Source of the DNA: an uncultured delta proteobacterium
Lineage (GTDB): Bacteria; Myxococcota_A; Polyangia; Polyangiales; Polyangiaceae
Reading direction: 5' to 3'
Length of the DNA: 64,000 nt
Assembly (NCBI GenBank): GCA_963850305.1
Contig: CAWKKR010000006.1
Coordinates: forward strand, 64,001-128,000
The position numbers and the translations under genes are program-made. Shown here piece by piece: positions 24,251 through 32,883 of the stretch (positions are counted from its first letter, which is position 1; every line of letters begins with the position of its first letter). The notes beneath the pieces are model-generated. The model saw only the letters and a list, made by a program, of their open reading frames with translations, made no database searches and was not told the DNA's origin.

Positions 24251-24805
24251 TCAAGTCCGCGGGGCAATCTTGGCGAGGGTGCGAAGTACGGCGGCCATCG
24301 GCTTCGAACCGAGGCGGAGAAAGAGTTCGATGAGACGCGACAGATCCTCGACGAACTTCGTGAAGCGATCGGCCCGGGCGCAAATCTCCGCCGCAGCCGC
24401 GGTTTGAGCCTTTACGGCCTCTAGCGTCGCCCGCGTGCGGCGCATCGCTTGCAGAACCGGCACGAACTCTCTGTGATGACGCTCCGCTACGATTCTCAAA
24501 AACCAGACCCAGGGGTCGTGGTTGGTGAGATATCGTCGGCCCTCGGCACTCTCCTGGGACTCGACGACGCCCCAATCGACGAGCTCGTCCACGTGCCGGC
24601 ACGCGTCGGCGACGGGGATTCCGAGCCTCTCCGCTACGCGAGATTCGTCGAGGGGCTCGAGAGCGATGTATATGAGAGCATGCGCGCGCCCGAGGTCTCT
24701 GGCCATCCCGAATGCTTGCGCGAGCCCTCCCCAGTTCTCCACGAAGGCATGCTCGCCCGCGGTTACCGGGTCGGCGCTCTGCGTCTCATCGACGTTTCGA
24801 GCCAT
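24251..24805 (-). CDS. GbsR/MarR-family transcriptional regulator
   Basis: FVENWGGLAQAFGMARDLGRAHALIY..EPL..VAERLG..ELVDWGVV winged-helix pattern. Confidence 0.75.
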   Translation of the reverse strand: MARNVDETQSADPVTAGEHAFVENWGGLAQAFGMARDLGRAHALIYIALEPLDESRVAERLGIPVADACRHVDELVDWGVVESQESAEGRRYLTNHDPWVWFLRIVAERHHREFVPVLQAMRRTRATLEAVKAQTAAAAEICARADRFTKFVEDLSRLIELFLRLGSKPMAAVLRTLAKIAPRT

Positions 24806-24836
24806 GCGCCCTTCTAACATCAAATCGCGGGGCAAG

Positions 24837-26414
24837 ATGCGCGAACGCCGGTGGGCCGTGGCTGTATTCTGGACCCTTTTGCTGTCAGCCCGGGCGGTGT
24901 TCGCGGATGACGTCGTGGTCGATCCGGAGCTCCAAGGGGTCAAAGCGAACGAGCCTGCCAAACCTTCGGACGTCGTGGTCACTGATCCCGAACTGGCGGG
25001 TTCCACGCCCGCGAAGAAGATCGACACGTCGGTCGCGCCGGCCGCCTCCGACACCATCTGGCGGGCGTCCATACACAGCCGATGGGGGGTCGACACACAC
25101 GGGTCGATGAGCACGGAGGACATCGTCGAAGGAACGACGGTCGCTTCGCTCGACGCCGTGGAGCGACGGTCGGATGCGCTGATGTTCTCGGTGGGAATGC
25201 GCGCGCGTCATTCGTACGCGCATGCGCGCGGAGGCGGGGATCGAAGCGAGCTCGTTTTCGAGCCGACGTCGGCGTTCGTCGATGTGACGCCCGCGGACGG
25301 TTACCACTTTCGAGCTGGTTACCAGAACATCGCGATGGGCCGTTTCGACGTGTTCAGCGCTACGAACTTTCTGGCGGTGTACGACCTCGAGAGCGGCCCC
25401 GTCACGATGCCGGAGGCATCCATCATTGCGCAGCCGGCGCTCCGATTCGACTTCGATCGCGTGCAGGGGTTTGCGCTGCAGGCGTACTATGTGCCATTTT
25501 TTCAGCCGGATCGCGTCGCGCTCTACGGTAGCGACTACGCGTTGCTCTCGCCGTCCGTGTTGAGCTACCTGACGCCGGCGACGTCAGGCGGCGCTGCGCC
25601 TCGGTCGTCTTCTGAATTCAATCGATCTCAGATCGCGAACGCGTCCACGGGGGTGCTCTCGGCACTCGGGCCTGCGCCGGATCTATCCCATCCCCAGGGT
25701 GCCCTGCGCGCGACACTTCACGGGTCGGCTGGCGAGCTTTCGGGCACCGTCGGGACGGCTCTCGAGAAACTGCCCGCGCTCGGCCCGGATCCGAACACCC
25801 TTGTCGACTATGGCCGGTACGAGGTCGCGACCCTCGACGGCGCTATTGGAGTGGGGCCGATTCAGTTCGGTGCGGAGGCGGCGTACATGGCAAACCGCAC
25901 CCTCGGCGCGATCCGGGTTTCGACCCCGCCCGTGACCAGTCCCGACCAACCCAGGACAGAAGCTGCCAGCGCCAAGACGAACGTCGTCCAGGGCGCTCTC
26001 CGCGCCGAACTCGTCGATGCGTCCGGTTGGGCCGCAGAGGTCGAGGGTTTCGTGCTCGAGACTCTCTCCGCGGCGCCGAATCTGCCGCCGACGCTCGGGA
26101 GCACGGCGACGCGCTACGAGTGGTTCACGCTTCAAGACGGGCGCTATTGGAGTGGAGTGGCGGGTGGCGTGCATTATGCTCCCGACGGGGCGCGGTTCCG
26201 TCTCGAACTCGGTGGCGTGTGGTTCACCGGGCCCACGTACGCGGTGTTGCCGCGCGTGGAATGGGAGGTGGTGCCGACGGTGTTCTTCGAACTCGGGGGG
26301 GCGTTCGTCGGTGGACCACGTCCTCAGACGCCGCTCGGTTCGTCCCTCGTTTCGTTGGGCGGACTCTTCACGGACGTCGATCAGGTGTACGCGGGTGTCC
26401 GATGGACGCCATGA
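24837..26414 (+). CDS. Probable outer-membrane beta-barrel protein (DUF1302-like)
   Basis: Signal peptide (..AVFA/DD), RAGYQNIAMGRFD, YYVPFFQPD, alternating beta-strands, aromatic C-terminus YAGVRWTP. Confidence 0.65.
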   Translation: MRERRWAVAVFWTLLLSARAVFADDVVVDPELQGVKANEPAKPSDVVVTDPELAGSTPAKKIDTSVAPAASDTIWRASIHSRWGVDTHGSMSTEDIVEGTTVASLDAVERRSDALMFSVGMRARHSYAHARGGGDRSELVFEPTSAFVDVTPADGYHFRAGYQNIAMGRFDVFSATNFLAVYDLESGPVTMPEASIIAQPALRFDFDRVQGFALQAYYVPFFQPDRVALYGSDYALLSPSVLSYLTPATSGGAAPRSSSEFNRSQIANASTGVLSALGPAPDLSHPQGALRATLHGSAGELSGTVGTALEKLPALGPDPNTLVDYGRYEVATLDGAIGVGPIQFGAEAAYMANRTLGAIRVSTPPVTSPDQPRTEAASAKTNVVQGALRAELVDASGWAAEVEGFVLETLSAAPNLPPTLGSTATRYEWFTLQDGRYWSGVAGGVHYAPDGARFRLELGGVWFTGPTYAVLPRVEWEVVPTVFFELGGAFVGGPRPQTPLGSSLVSLGGLFTDVDQVYAGVRWTP

Positions 26415-26423
26415 GTCGCGGTG

Positions 26424-28244
26424 CTATCGCGCGACCGGTTTGCCGAAGAATTTCGTGAGCAGGCTGCTGGGGCCGTACGCGACACGAACGAAATCCGCCT
26501 TGGGTTCCGTGTCGCTTTCGCCGAGATGGGGCGGCACGAACGGCGCATAGCCACTTCCGTGCCACTTTAGCCAAACGTACCTCGGATCCTCGAGCGGGCG
26601 ATGGAAGCGTGCGAGGATTTCGAGAGGTCGTCCGTCGGACGTGACTTTGGAGATGGTCACACGAAAGTCGTCGAGCTCGATTCGATCTCCGACGGCGAAC
26701 GGGCGTTTTCGTGTGTTGCGGAAGAGGCGTTCACTCGGGAGTACGAGGTATCCGCCGTCTTGACGGACGCGCAGGGTCGTTTCATCGACGCGAGTGACGT
26801 GGACGACGCCCGCGCTCGTGGCCAGCCAATGCTGAGCCCGGGCCAGCGGCGCGCCGAGTGCAGCCCGCGTCACGGGGATATACGCGGCGAAGGGATCCGC
26901 AGCGGGGTTCAGGTAGATGACGATGCGGTGCTCGATGTCCGGGGTCGACGGAATGGTCTCGTCGGCGCGGGCGATCGCGGCGCGCACGGCGGCGATTCCC
27001 GTCGAGCGAAAGGGCAAGAGGAGTGGCCGGAGCACCAGATGGACGACGACCACCGCGAAGGCCGCGACCGGTGCAACGCGACCGCGCAGACCGTCGAACG
27101 ACGGCCCATCCACGAACCGTACGAAGAACTGAGCCGTCAGTGCGCTAGCGCCCACGGCGATCCACGGCAGCAGCCGATCTGCGGGGAAGCTGCCGCACGC
27201 AGGAAGAGTTCCGAGGGTCGCGCCGAGGAGCCAGAATCGAGCCGTCCGCTCGGTTCGAAAGAGGGGCCAGAACAAGATTCCGACGCCGCCTATCACCGCG
27301 ACCGCAACCGCGGCGACGATATATTGAAGTCCAGGTAGCAACACGGAGTAAGCGTTCCAGCCTTCGGACCAGGGGCCGCCGAGTTGCGCGAACCAGAGCG
27401 CCGCGAAGCGCTCGGGAAGCGCACGAAGGAAGTCGCCCGGGTCCCGCAGAGGATCGAAGTAGAGGCCCGATCCCGCGATGCCGAAGCCAAGTCCCCGATA
27501 AGTGGCCCCCCAGATGAGTACGGTGCCGGCAAATGGCCAGAGCCGTGCCAGCCGTCGGGTGAGAGGTCCCTCCTCGAGAAAGACTTCACTTGCGAAGAGG
27601 TAGGCCGTGATGGCCAAGGCGCCCTCGCTCGCGAGCAGCGCCGCGGCGAAGGCCAGGGGGGCGAACCACGCCGCGGCGCGGCGTCCCGCACGTCCTTCGC
27701 GGTACCAGACCAGCGCCCAGATCGAGAGCCCACAAGCGATGATCTCGTGCCGGTTCGCAATCCACGTCACCGGCGTTCCACGTGCGTCGTCGAGCGCGTA
27801 GATGGCGAGCGCGAGCACGGCGAGCCACCCTCGTCCGTGGATCGCCAGGAAGAGGCGGCGGACAGCGAAGAGCGCAACGACCGCCCAGGCCAGCGTGTGA
27901 AGGTGCATCCACACGGCGTTTCCTGGCAAAATTAGATGATCGAACCAGTGCGTCGCTGAAGCCAGCGGCCGAAAAAAAACGAAGCGCACGTTCGGGTCGA
28001 TCCACCAGGGAAGGATGCCCTCGTTGACCAGCACGTGGTTCGTTGCAGGACTCGCGAAACGAAATAAATCGAGCGGCGAGCGGCTCAGACCCGGCAGCGG
28101 ATTCGAGGAAAGCTCGAGTTCATGAAAGTAATCGTCGGCTCCGAGACCCGAGAAGAGCGATGGTGAGGCCAGCAACGTACCGAGAAAGATGAGCCAGAGG
28201 TCCGCCCGAGGGCGGGACAGCACGCGACGGATCGATTCGTACAT
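26424..28244 (-). CDS. Polytopic membrane protein, GT-C/TMTC-like (paralog A)
   Basis: GLGADDY, PWW.DP..FFRPL..THW.D, MHLH, YALDDARG.PVTWIANR, SGLYFDP, FPADRLL; about 10 TM segments plus soluble C-terminal domain. Confidence 0.65.
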   Translation of the reverse strand: MYESIRRVLSRPRADLWLIFLGTLLASPSLFSGLGADDYFHELELSSNPLPGLSRSPLDLFRFASPATNHVLVNEGILPWWIDPNVRFVFFRPLASATHWFDHLILPGNAVWMHLHTLAWAVVALFAVRRLFLAIHGRGWLAVLALAIYALDDARGTPVTWIANRHEIIACGLSIWALVWYREGRAGRRAAAWFAPLAFAAALLASEGALAITAYLFASEVFLEEGPLTRRLARLWPFAGTVLIWGATYRGLGFGIAGSGLYFDPLRDPGDFLRALPERFAALWFAQLGGPWSEGWNAYSVLLPGLQYIVAAVAVAVIGGVGILFWPLFRTERTARFWLLGATLGTLPACGSFPADRLLPWIAVGASALTAQFFVRFVDGPSFDGLRGRVAPVAAFAVVVVHLVLRPLLLPFRSTGIAAVRAAIARADETIPSTPDIEHRIVIYLNPAADPFAAYIPVTRAALGAPLARAQHWLATSAGVVHVTRVDETTLRVRQDGGYLVLPSERLFRNTRKRPFAVGDRIELDDFRVTISKVTSDGRPLEILARFHRPLEDPRYVWLKWHGSGYAPFVPPHLGESDTEPKADFVRVAYGPSSLLTKFFGKPVAR

Positions 28245-28287
28245 GCCGGAACATCCGAGTTAGTCTCCATGCCGGCCTTCTCTGTCA

Positions 28288-30129
28288 ATGACGTCGATGC
28301 CCAGCGGGGGCTTCATCATGCGACTCCTGAACGACCTTGCTCGCCACCTCGGGGCCCTCGCATCGCGGCTTGGAACGCGCTTCGCTCGGTGCGTCGTGAT
28401 CGGGGTGGCTACGCTTTTTGCGGCAACGTCCGTGGGTCGCCATCGCGTTCTGGACGACTACGTCCTCGCCCTCATCGCGCGCGGGAAGGGTGCCCCTGTC
28501 GGACTCCCGCGCGGCGCGTTCGATCTGTTCACGTTCACGACGGGTGATCCCGCTGGCAATCGTCGGCTCATGGACGTCGGGCTGATGCTGCCGTGGTGGA
28601 CCGATCCGCACCTCCGGATTTCGTTCTTTCGTCCGCTCACGTCCTTCACGCATTGGCTCGACGAAAGACTCTGGCCCTCGAGCGCGGCGCTGATGCACCT
28701 GCATTCGTTGTTCTGGTTCGGCGCCCTGCTCGTGGCAGCCTCTGCAGTGTACGTCCGGCTGGAAGCATCGCCAGCGCTCGCGGGCCTGGCGTTATTCCTT
28801 TACGCATTCGATGACACGCACGGCCCGGCCGTGGCATGGCTCGCCAATCGCAACGCCTTGATCGCGGCGACCTTTGCTTGCTGGTGCCTCGTCGCGCACG
28901 ACCACTGGCGGCGCGGCCGGCGTCCGCTGTGGGCGGGTCCGGCCGTTCTCGCCTTCACGGTTGGACTTCTGGCGGGCGAGCTCGCGATCGGTGCGCTCGC
29001 GTATCTCGTCGCGTACGCGGCACTCGTGGATCGCGACCGTCCCATCCGTCGAGCCTTGAGCATCGTGCCGTACCTAGCCACGATCGTGACGTGGCGCATT
29101 CTGTGGTCTCGAGGTGGGTTCGGTGCGAGAGGTTCGGGCGCTTACCTCGATCCACTCACCGACCCACTCGGCTTTTTGCTGGTCCTGCCCGGAAAGCTTC
29201 TGGTGTTGCTCCAGGGGCAGTTCTCGGGGCCGCCCTCGGACCTCGCGTTTCTGTCGCCGCCCTCGGTCCAGCCAGCTCTGATCGGGCTGAGCGTCGTCAC
29301 GGCCCTCGTGCTTCTCGTCGTGTTCGTCCCGCTGGTTCGACGCGACGTGACGAGCCGGTTCTGGGCGCTTGGTATGGCGCTCTCATTGGTCCCGCTCGGC
29401 GCAACGTTTCCGAGCGATCGTCTGCTCGTGTTCGTTGGACTCGGCGCGATGGCACTTCTGGCTCGGCTCTTCACGGTGTGGATCGCTCGAGCGGGCAGCC
29501 GCGGGCGACTCGATTTCGCGACGGTCGTCGTCGCGTTGCTCGCGCTCCGGCACGTCGTCTTGGCGCCGCTTTTGTTGCCCGTGCGGGCCGCGCAGATGGA
29601 GCTGTTCGGCGTCGCCCACGATCGCGGTGCGGAGGGGATCCCGTCTGGAGCGTCGATCAGGGAGAAGACCGTGGTCGTCCTCGCCGCCCCGACGCTGCTA
29701 TTCGCGAACTACATCCAGGCCGAACGCGCGCTCACCGGTGTCCCGCGCCCCGCGCACCTCTACGTACTCGCGAGCGCGAGCTCGCAGATCGACGTGGAGC
29801 GGACGGGCCCAGAGACTTTGACGCTCCGTCCCGAGCACGGCTTTCTGTACACGCCGCTCGAGCGGCACTATCGCGGCACGGCGCCGTTTCACGTCGGGGA
29901 CCGCGTGGCTCTCTCGACGATGAGCGCGACCATCGGCGCTCTCGGCTCGGATCGCCGTCCGAGCGCCGTCGTCTTCTCGTTTCCCGAGCCTGCCGAAACC
30001 TATGTCTTCGTGAAGTGGCGGGGCGACCGCTTCGTGCCTTTCGCGTTGCCGCCGGTGGGTGGGCACGCGACGCTGCCCGAGGAGGACTTCGGCAAGATTC
30101 TGGTCGAGACTGCCATGGACGCGATTTGA
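28288..30129 (+). CDS. Polytopic membrane protein, GT-C/TMTC-like (paralog B)
   Basis: LDDY, PWWTDP..FFRPL..THWLD, YAFDDTHG..WLANR, SGAYLDP, FPSDRLL; start 28288 or 28318. Confidence 0.65.
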   Translation: MTSMPSGGFIMRLLNDLARHLGALASRLGTRFARCVVIGVATLFAATSVGRHRVLDDYVLALIARGKGAPVGLPRGAFDLFTFTTGDPAGNRRLMDVGLMLPWWTDPHLRISFFRPLTSFTHWLDERLWPSSAALMHLHSLFWFGALLVAASAVYVRLEASPALAGLALFLYAFDDTHGPAVAWLANRNALIAATFACWCLVAHDHWRRGRRPLWAGPAVLAFTVGLLAGELAIGALAYLVAYAALVDRDRPIRRALSIVPYLATIVTWRILWSRGGFGARGSGAYLDPLTDPLGFLLVLPGKLLVLLQGQFSGPPSDLAFLSPPSVQPALIGLSVVTALVLLVVFVPLVRRDVTSRFWALGMALSLVPLGATFPSDRLLVFVGLGAMALLARLFTVWIARAGSRGRLDFATVVVALLALRHVVLAPLLLPVRAAQMELFGVAHDRGAEGIPSGASIREKTVVVLAAPTLLFANYIQAERALTGVPRPAHLYVLASASSQIDVERTGPETLTLRPEHGFLYTPLERHYRGTAPFHVGDRVALSTMSATIGALGSDRRPSAVVFSFPEPAETYVFVKWRGDRFVPFALPPVGGHATLPEEDFGKILVETAMDAI

Positions 30130-30159
30130 GCCAAGCTTTCCGCGCTCGAGAAAGCTACG

Positions 30160-31041
30160 ATGAGCGCGGAAATGAGCTCGCGGATCTGCGTTGTTTGCCA
30201 GGGTGTGACGGACGGCGACAAAGTCGAAGAAACCAACATTCGCTCCAACGTCCGCGCCTTTCGGGATGAGACGTTCGCGTTCTGGCGATGTGCTCACTGC
30301 AAAAGCATCCACGCCCGCGACGACGTCGACCTCGCGCACTACTACGCGAAGTATCCGTTTCATGACCTGCCTGCGGACTGGCGGATCAAGACCATGTACG
30401 CGGGGCAGCTCGCGCGGCTGGAGCGGGCAGGGGTCACGCGGTCGAGCCGCGTGCTCGATTACGGCTGCGGCGGCGGACAGTTCGTCCGGTTTTTGAAGTC
30501 GCGCGGCTTCGACGACGTGCGCGGCTTCGACGAGTACAGCGAGGAATTCGGTGACCGGAGCGTCCTCGACGATCGCTATGACTGCATCGTCTCGCAGGAT
30601 GTGGTGGAGCACGTGCCGTCCCCCGCGGGCCTGTTCGCGGAATTCGAGCGGCTGACGAAGGTCGGATCGATCATCGCAATGGGGACGCCCAACGCGGCGG
30701 CCATCGATCTCGCCCGTCCGGACGCCTTCGTTCACACGATCCATGCGCCGTACCATCGGCACATTCTTTCGAAGACCGCCCTCGTCGCTGCCGGCGAACG
30801 GCAGGGTTGGTCGCTCGCGCGATTCTATCCGACGATGTATTCCAACACGCGCGTCCCGTTTCTGAATGAGGCCTTTTACCTCTATTACACGCGCATAGCG
30901 GACGGGACGCTCGACGCGCTCATGGAACCGGTACGCGTGGGGGCCCTCTTGCTCCGCGCGCCCCTCACACTTTTCTACGGGCTGTTCGGGTCATTCCTGT
31001 CGCGCAATACGGACGTGATGGCCGTGTTCCGTAGAACCTAG
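30160..31041 (+). CDS. Class I SAM-dependent methyltransferase with N-terminal Cys4 ribbon (paralog 1)
   Basis: CVVC..WRCAHC, VLDYGCGGG motif I, DVVEHV, GTPN. Confidence 0.85.
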   Translation: MSAEMSSRICVVCQGVTDGDKVEETNIRSNVRAFRDETFAFWRCAHCKSIHARDDVDLAHYYAKYPFHDLPADWRIKTMYAGQLARLERAGVTRSSRVLDYGCGGGQFVRFLKSRGFDDVRGFDEYSEEFGDRSVLDDRYDCIVSQDVVEHVPSPAGLFAEFERLTKVGSIIAMGTPNAAAIDLARPDAFVHTIHAPYHRHILSKTALVAAGERQGWSLARFYPTMYSNTRVPFLNEAFYLYYTRIADGTLDALMEPVRVGALLLRAPLTLFYGLFGSFLSRNTDVMAVFRRT

Positions 31042-31070
31042 GACGACCCAGGATCAGCCGCGATCGTTCC

Positions 31071-32873
31071 ATGCTCGACAAGGTTCGTTCCGCCCTCGAA
31101 CGCTTCGCTGCATGGAAATATGCGGCCACGGTCGTGGTCGTTTTTGGGGGGGCGCTCGTTGCGCCATCGATCGGCTCTGGCCTCGCCGCGGACGACTGGT
31201 TTCACCGGCTGGTGCTCACGGGCTCGAACGCCGTCGGCGGCGTTCATCATCGACCGCTCGATCTCTTCGTATTCTCCGACGGAAATCCGGCGGTCGGGCG
31301 AGCGCAGCAGGAGTCGGGGCTCATCGGCTGGTGGGCGGATCCCGGCGCGGCGCTCGCCTATTTTCGCCCACTCTCTGCCGCGACGCACTGGCTGGACTAT
31401 CGGCTCTGGCCGAACGCCCCGTGGGCGATGCACGTGCACAGCCTGGTCTGGTTCGTGCTCGGCCTCGTCGCCCTGTCGCGCGTTTATCGACGATTCGCGG
31501 AACCGGCGTGGGTCGCGATCCTCGCCCTGCTTCTCTACGCTGTCGACGATGCGCATGGCTTCGTCGTTTCGTGGATCGCCAACCGGAATGCGCTCATCAC
31601 GCTGGCGCTCGGGTTGCCCGTGCTGGTGCTCCACGATCGTGGCCGCCGGCAGGGAGCAGCGTCGTCGCGATGGTTCGCGACGGCGCTCTTTTTCGTCGCT
31701 CTGTTCGCGGGCGAGTCTGCGGTCGCGGTCGGCGGGTATCTCGTCGCGTACGCAGCATTCCTGGAACCCGGACCGTGGAAACGTCGCGCGGCGTCTCTCC
31801 TGCCTTACATGGTCGCGTTCGTCGTCTGGCGTGTAATATACGCGGGGTTGGGATACGGCACCCATGGGTCCGGGCTTGCCATCGATCCCATACACGAACC
31901 TGTCGCGTTCATCCACGCGCTCGCCGTTCGGCTGCCGATACTGCTCGTCGCTCAGTTTGCGCTTCCACCGTCGGATCTCTGGGAAGTCTTCCAGACGATC
32001 GCGCCGTGGCTGCCAACTGTCGTCTACGTCGGGGCGCTCGTTCTCTTGGCGAGCATTGCGTGGACACTCGCGCCGCTGATGCGCCGCGAGCCTGCGGTTC
32101 GCTTCTGGGCACTCGGGACCTTGCTGGCGGCTCTGCCGGCGTGCTCGCAGGTGCCCTCCGATCGGCTCCTTCTGTACACGGGCGTGGGAGCGCAGGCACT
32201 AGTTGCGCGGTTCCTTGCGGCCGTGCTCCGCCGAGAACCGTGGACGAAGTCGAGCACTCTTGCCAGCGTGGGTACGGGCGCTGTCGCTGCCCTGTTCGTG
32301 GTCTTGCATCTCGTGATCGCGCCCCTCTGGTTGCCGCTGCGTTCCCGCGGGCCCGCGGATGTGGATTCGATGCTGTCGCTCGCGGACCGAACTTTGCCGC
32401 GCGATCCGGCAGTGGCGCGAAAGACCGTCGTCCTGGTGAATCCGCCGGCGGACGCGTTTGCGGGTTACGTCATGATGAAGCGCGCCGCGACCGGTGTCGT
32501 GCGTCCGGGTAGGTTGCGCTGGCTTGCGACGGGGGCGAGCGACATGGTCGTCGAGCGGCTTGACACGAGATCGTTGCGCGTCGAGCTGAAGGATGGATTT
32601 CTCTCCCTCGCATCGGAAAGGATGCAGCGAAGTTCAGGAAACCCGATGCTCGTCGGTTACACGGTGTCGTTGTCCGGTATGACCGTCCGCGTGACCAAGG
32701 TCACCGCGGACCTCAGACCGAAGGAGATCATCGCCACGTTCGATGCGCCCCTCGAAGATCCTGGTCTCGTCTTCTTGAAATGGACGGCGAAGGGCTACGC
32801 TCCGTTTGCGATCCCGGCGATTGGCGCCCACGTCGAATTGCCGGCGCTCGATTTCACGACGCTCCGGATGTGA
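31071..32873 (+). CDS. Polytopic membrane protein, GT-C/TMTC-like (paralog C)
   Basis: GLAADDW, GWWADP..YFRPL..THWLD, YAVDDAHG..WIANR, GSGLAIDP, PSDRLL. Confidence 0.65.
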   Translation: MLDKVRSALERFAAWKYAATVVVVFGGALVAPSIGSGLAADDWFHRLVLTGSNAVGGVHHRPLDLFVFSDGNPAVGRAQQESGLIGWWADPGAALAYFRPLSAATHWLDYRLWPNAPWAMHVHSLVWFVLGLVALSRVYRRFAEPAWVAILALLLYAVDDAHGFVVSWIANRNALITLALGLPVLVLHDRGRRQGAASSRWFATALFFVALFAGESAVAVGGYLVAYAAFLEPGPWKRRAASLLPYMVAFVVWRVIYAGLGYGTHGSGLAIDPIHEPVAFIHALAVRLPILLVAQFALPPSDLWEVFQTIAPWLPTVVYVGALVLLASIAWTLAPLMRREPAVRFWALGTLLAALPACSQVPSDRLLLYTGVGAQALVARFLAAVLRREPWTKSSTLASVGTGAVAALFVVLHLVIAPLWLPLRSRGPADVDSMLSLADRTLPRDPAVARKTVVLVNPPADAFAGYVMMKRAATGVVRPGRLRWLATGASDMVVERLDTRSLRVELKDGFLSLASERMQRSSGNPMLVGYTVSLSGMTVRVTKVTADLRPKEIIATFDAPLEDPGLVFLKWTAKGYAPFAIPAIGAHVELPALDFTTLRM

Positions 32874-32883
32874 CCGCGTCGTG

